Of a DNA stretch of 25,125 nt, positions 23,106 through 25,125 are shown in pieces. This DNA comes from Macrostomum lignano (lineage: Eukaryota). The notes under the pieces are model-generated. The model saw only the letters and a list, made by a program, of their open reading frames with translations. It was not told where the DNA came from and did not search any database. Where the stretch lies: contig NIVC01005138.1 of assembly GCA_002269645.1 (NCBI GenBank), positions 1 to 25,125 on the forward strand, in the 5' to 3' direction. The position numbers were made by a program, and so were the translations under genes. Positions within the stretch are counted from its first letter, which is position 1; every line of letters starts with the position of its first letter.

Positions 23106-24256
23106 ATATATATAGTCATAGGTTAGAATCACAGCTAGTTGCAATTTGCAAGTACATTGCTCTTTTGTAATAGAGTATTAATTAGGATGCTTTGAAGGAT
23201 ATCCAAATATACTAAAATGGTATTTATTGTACCTATATCATGATTTAATAGGTATATATGTATATGTAGCCTATAAAATTACATTGGCCATGTAGCTTTG
23301 TTTGATTATAAATAAAACTTAGTTTTATAATTCACTTAAAAAAATCTAAAAGTTGTCAAAAATGGTCAATTTTACAACTTGCCCTTGGTCTGCCACAATT
23401 TGTGCTTGCTAGATATATCATATATATGTTTATTTTTTTTATTCTTATATAATTATAGTTTTTGCACTTTTATTTTTTCTACATTAAGCTTTAGACATAA
23501 CAAAGCAAGCCATTTAGCATGCTCAGACCCAACTCATGAATTAATTATGTGAAAAATTGTCTAAAAAAGCTCTACTTATTTGTCATTTACTATGCAATGT
23601 TACAACTTAAAAATATTTCAATGTGTCCAGAAGTATCCCAGACTAAAATATAGGATTATTCCTTTATTTGTTTTTTGGTCTACCTGCAAACTAATCATAC
23701 ATGTGCAACACCCAGCTGATCCAGCTGACTGGCAAGGGGCCCACCCAAGGTAAGTTGCAAAATGCCCACCCAAGTACTAAGTAGATGACGAGGAATTTAG
23801 CCTTAATAATACAGTCATATTTACTCCTGCCGTTTATATAAAATTACGTTAATTTTGCTTAGGTTTCTTTCATAACTAAGTCGCATTTTTTGGTCAAAAA
23901 GTCGCATGGTGGTATAAATCAAGGGCGGTTGCACATGTATGGAACTAATGAACTAAATTAAATTTTATATTATAGCTAACTAAATACTTATTATCTTTAA
24001 TAACTTCTCTCCCGTTCATGCTGTTTTTCTTCTCCTAATTAAACAACAGACCATAAAAAACGGATCGCCTAAAGGAGAATCAGCGGCAGTTAATGCAGGG
24101 AGGCCAGGCGTGGAACAGGTAGCCAGCAGTAGCAGTGAGGTAGATAGGCAGCAGACTAATCAGCAAGCAAAGTTAACAGCCGGGGGGAGAGAACCGGTAA
24201 CGTCTAAAATCTAAACAGGATAAGGCAACATTAAAGCATCAATCTCGAGGGGCTAA

Positions 24257-25125
<869 letters not shown>

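Overview
Eukaryotic, intron-containing, TE-dense genomic DNA from an invertebrate animal. A Macrostomum-like flatworm is only a guess from style (CAG runs, short introns, indel-rich assembly). Three plus-strand protein genes are supported: a two-exon DUF1647-family type II membrane protein (9563-11403), a three-exon GH99 Golgi endo-alpha-1,2-mannosidase (MANEA-like, 13815-16178), and the 5' part of a homeodomain-interacting protein kinase (HIPK, from 24290, running off the window). MANEA and HIPK carry single-base indels that look like long-read errors. The rest is mostly transposon material. A GG..CC DNA element with an 8-bp TSD (3113-6922) contains an LTR-like repeat. That repeat contains a 2.1-kb I/LOA-group LINE derivative that is 5'-inverted, lacks its RT and is flanked by an 18-bp TSD. 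There are also two further LINE 3' fragments, two TSD-flanked MITEs, a deleted hAT, a deleted and interrupted mariner, and a G-rich intronic minisatellite. Two sharply bounded CpG-depleted domains (about 6930-9515 and 20700-23750) lie just upstream of the DUF1647 and HIPK start-codon exons. I found no convincing wholly new system. The best leads are the inverted RT-less LINE, the CpG-decay mosaic and the unclassified LTR-like repeat pair. All alignments and counts were done by eye.
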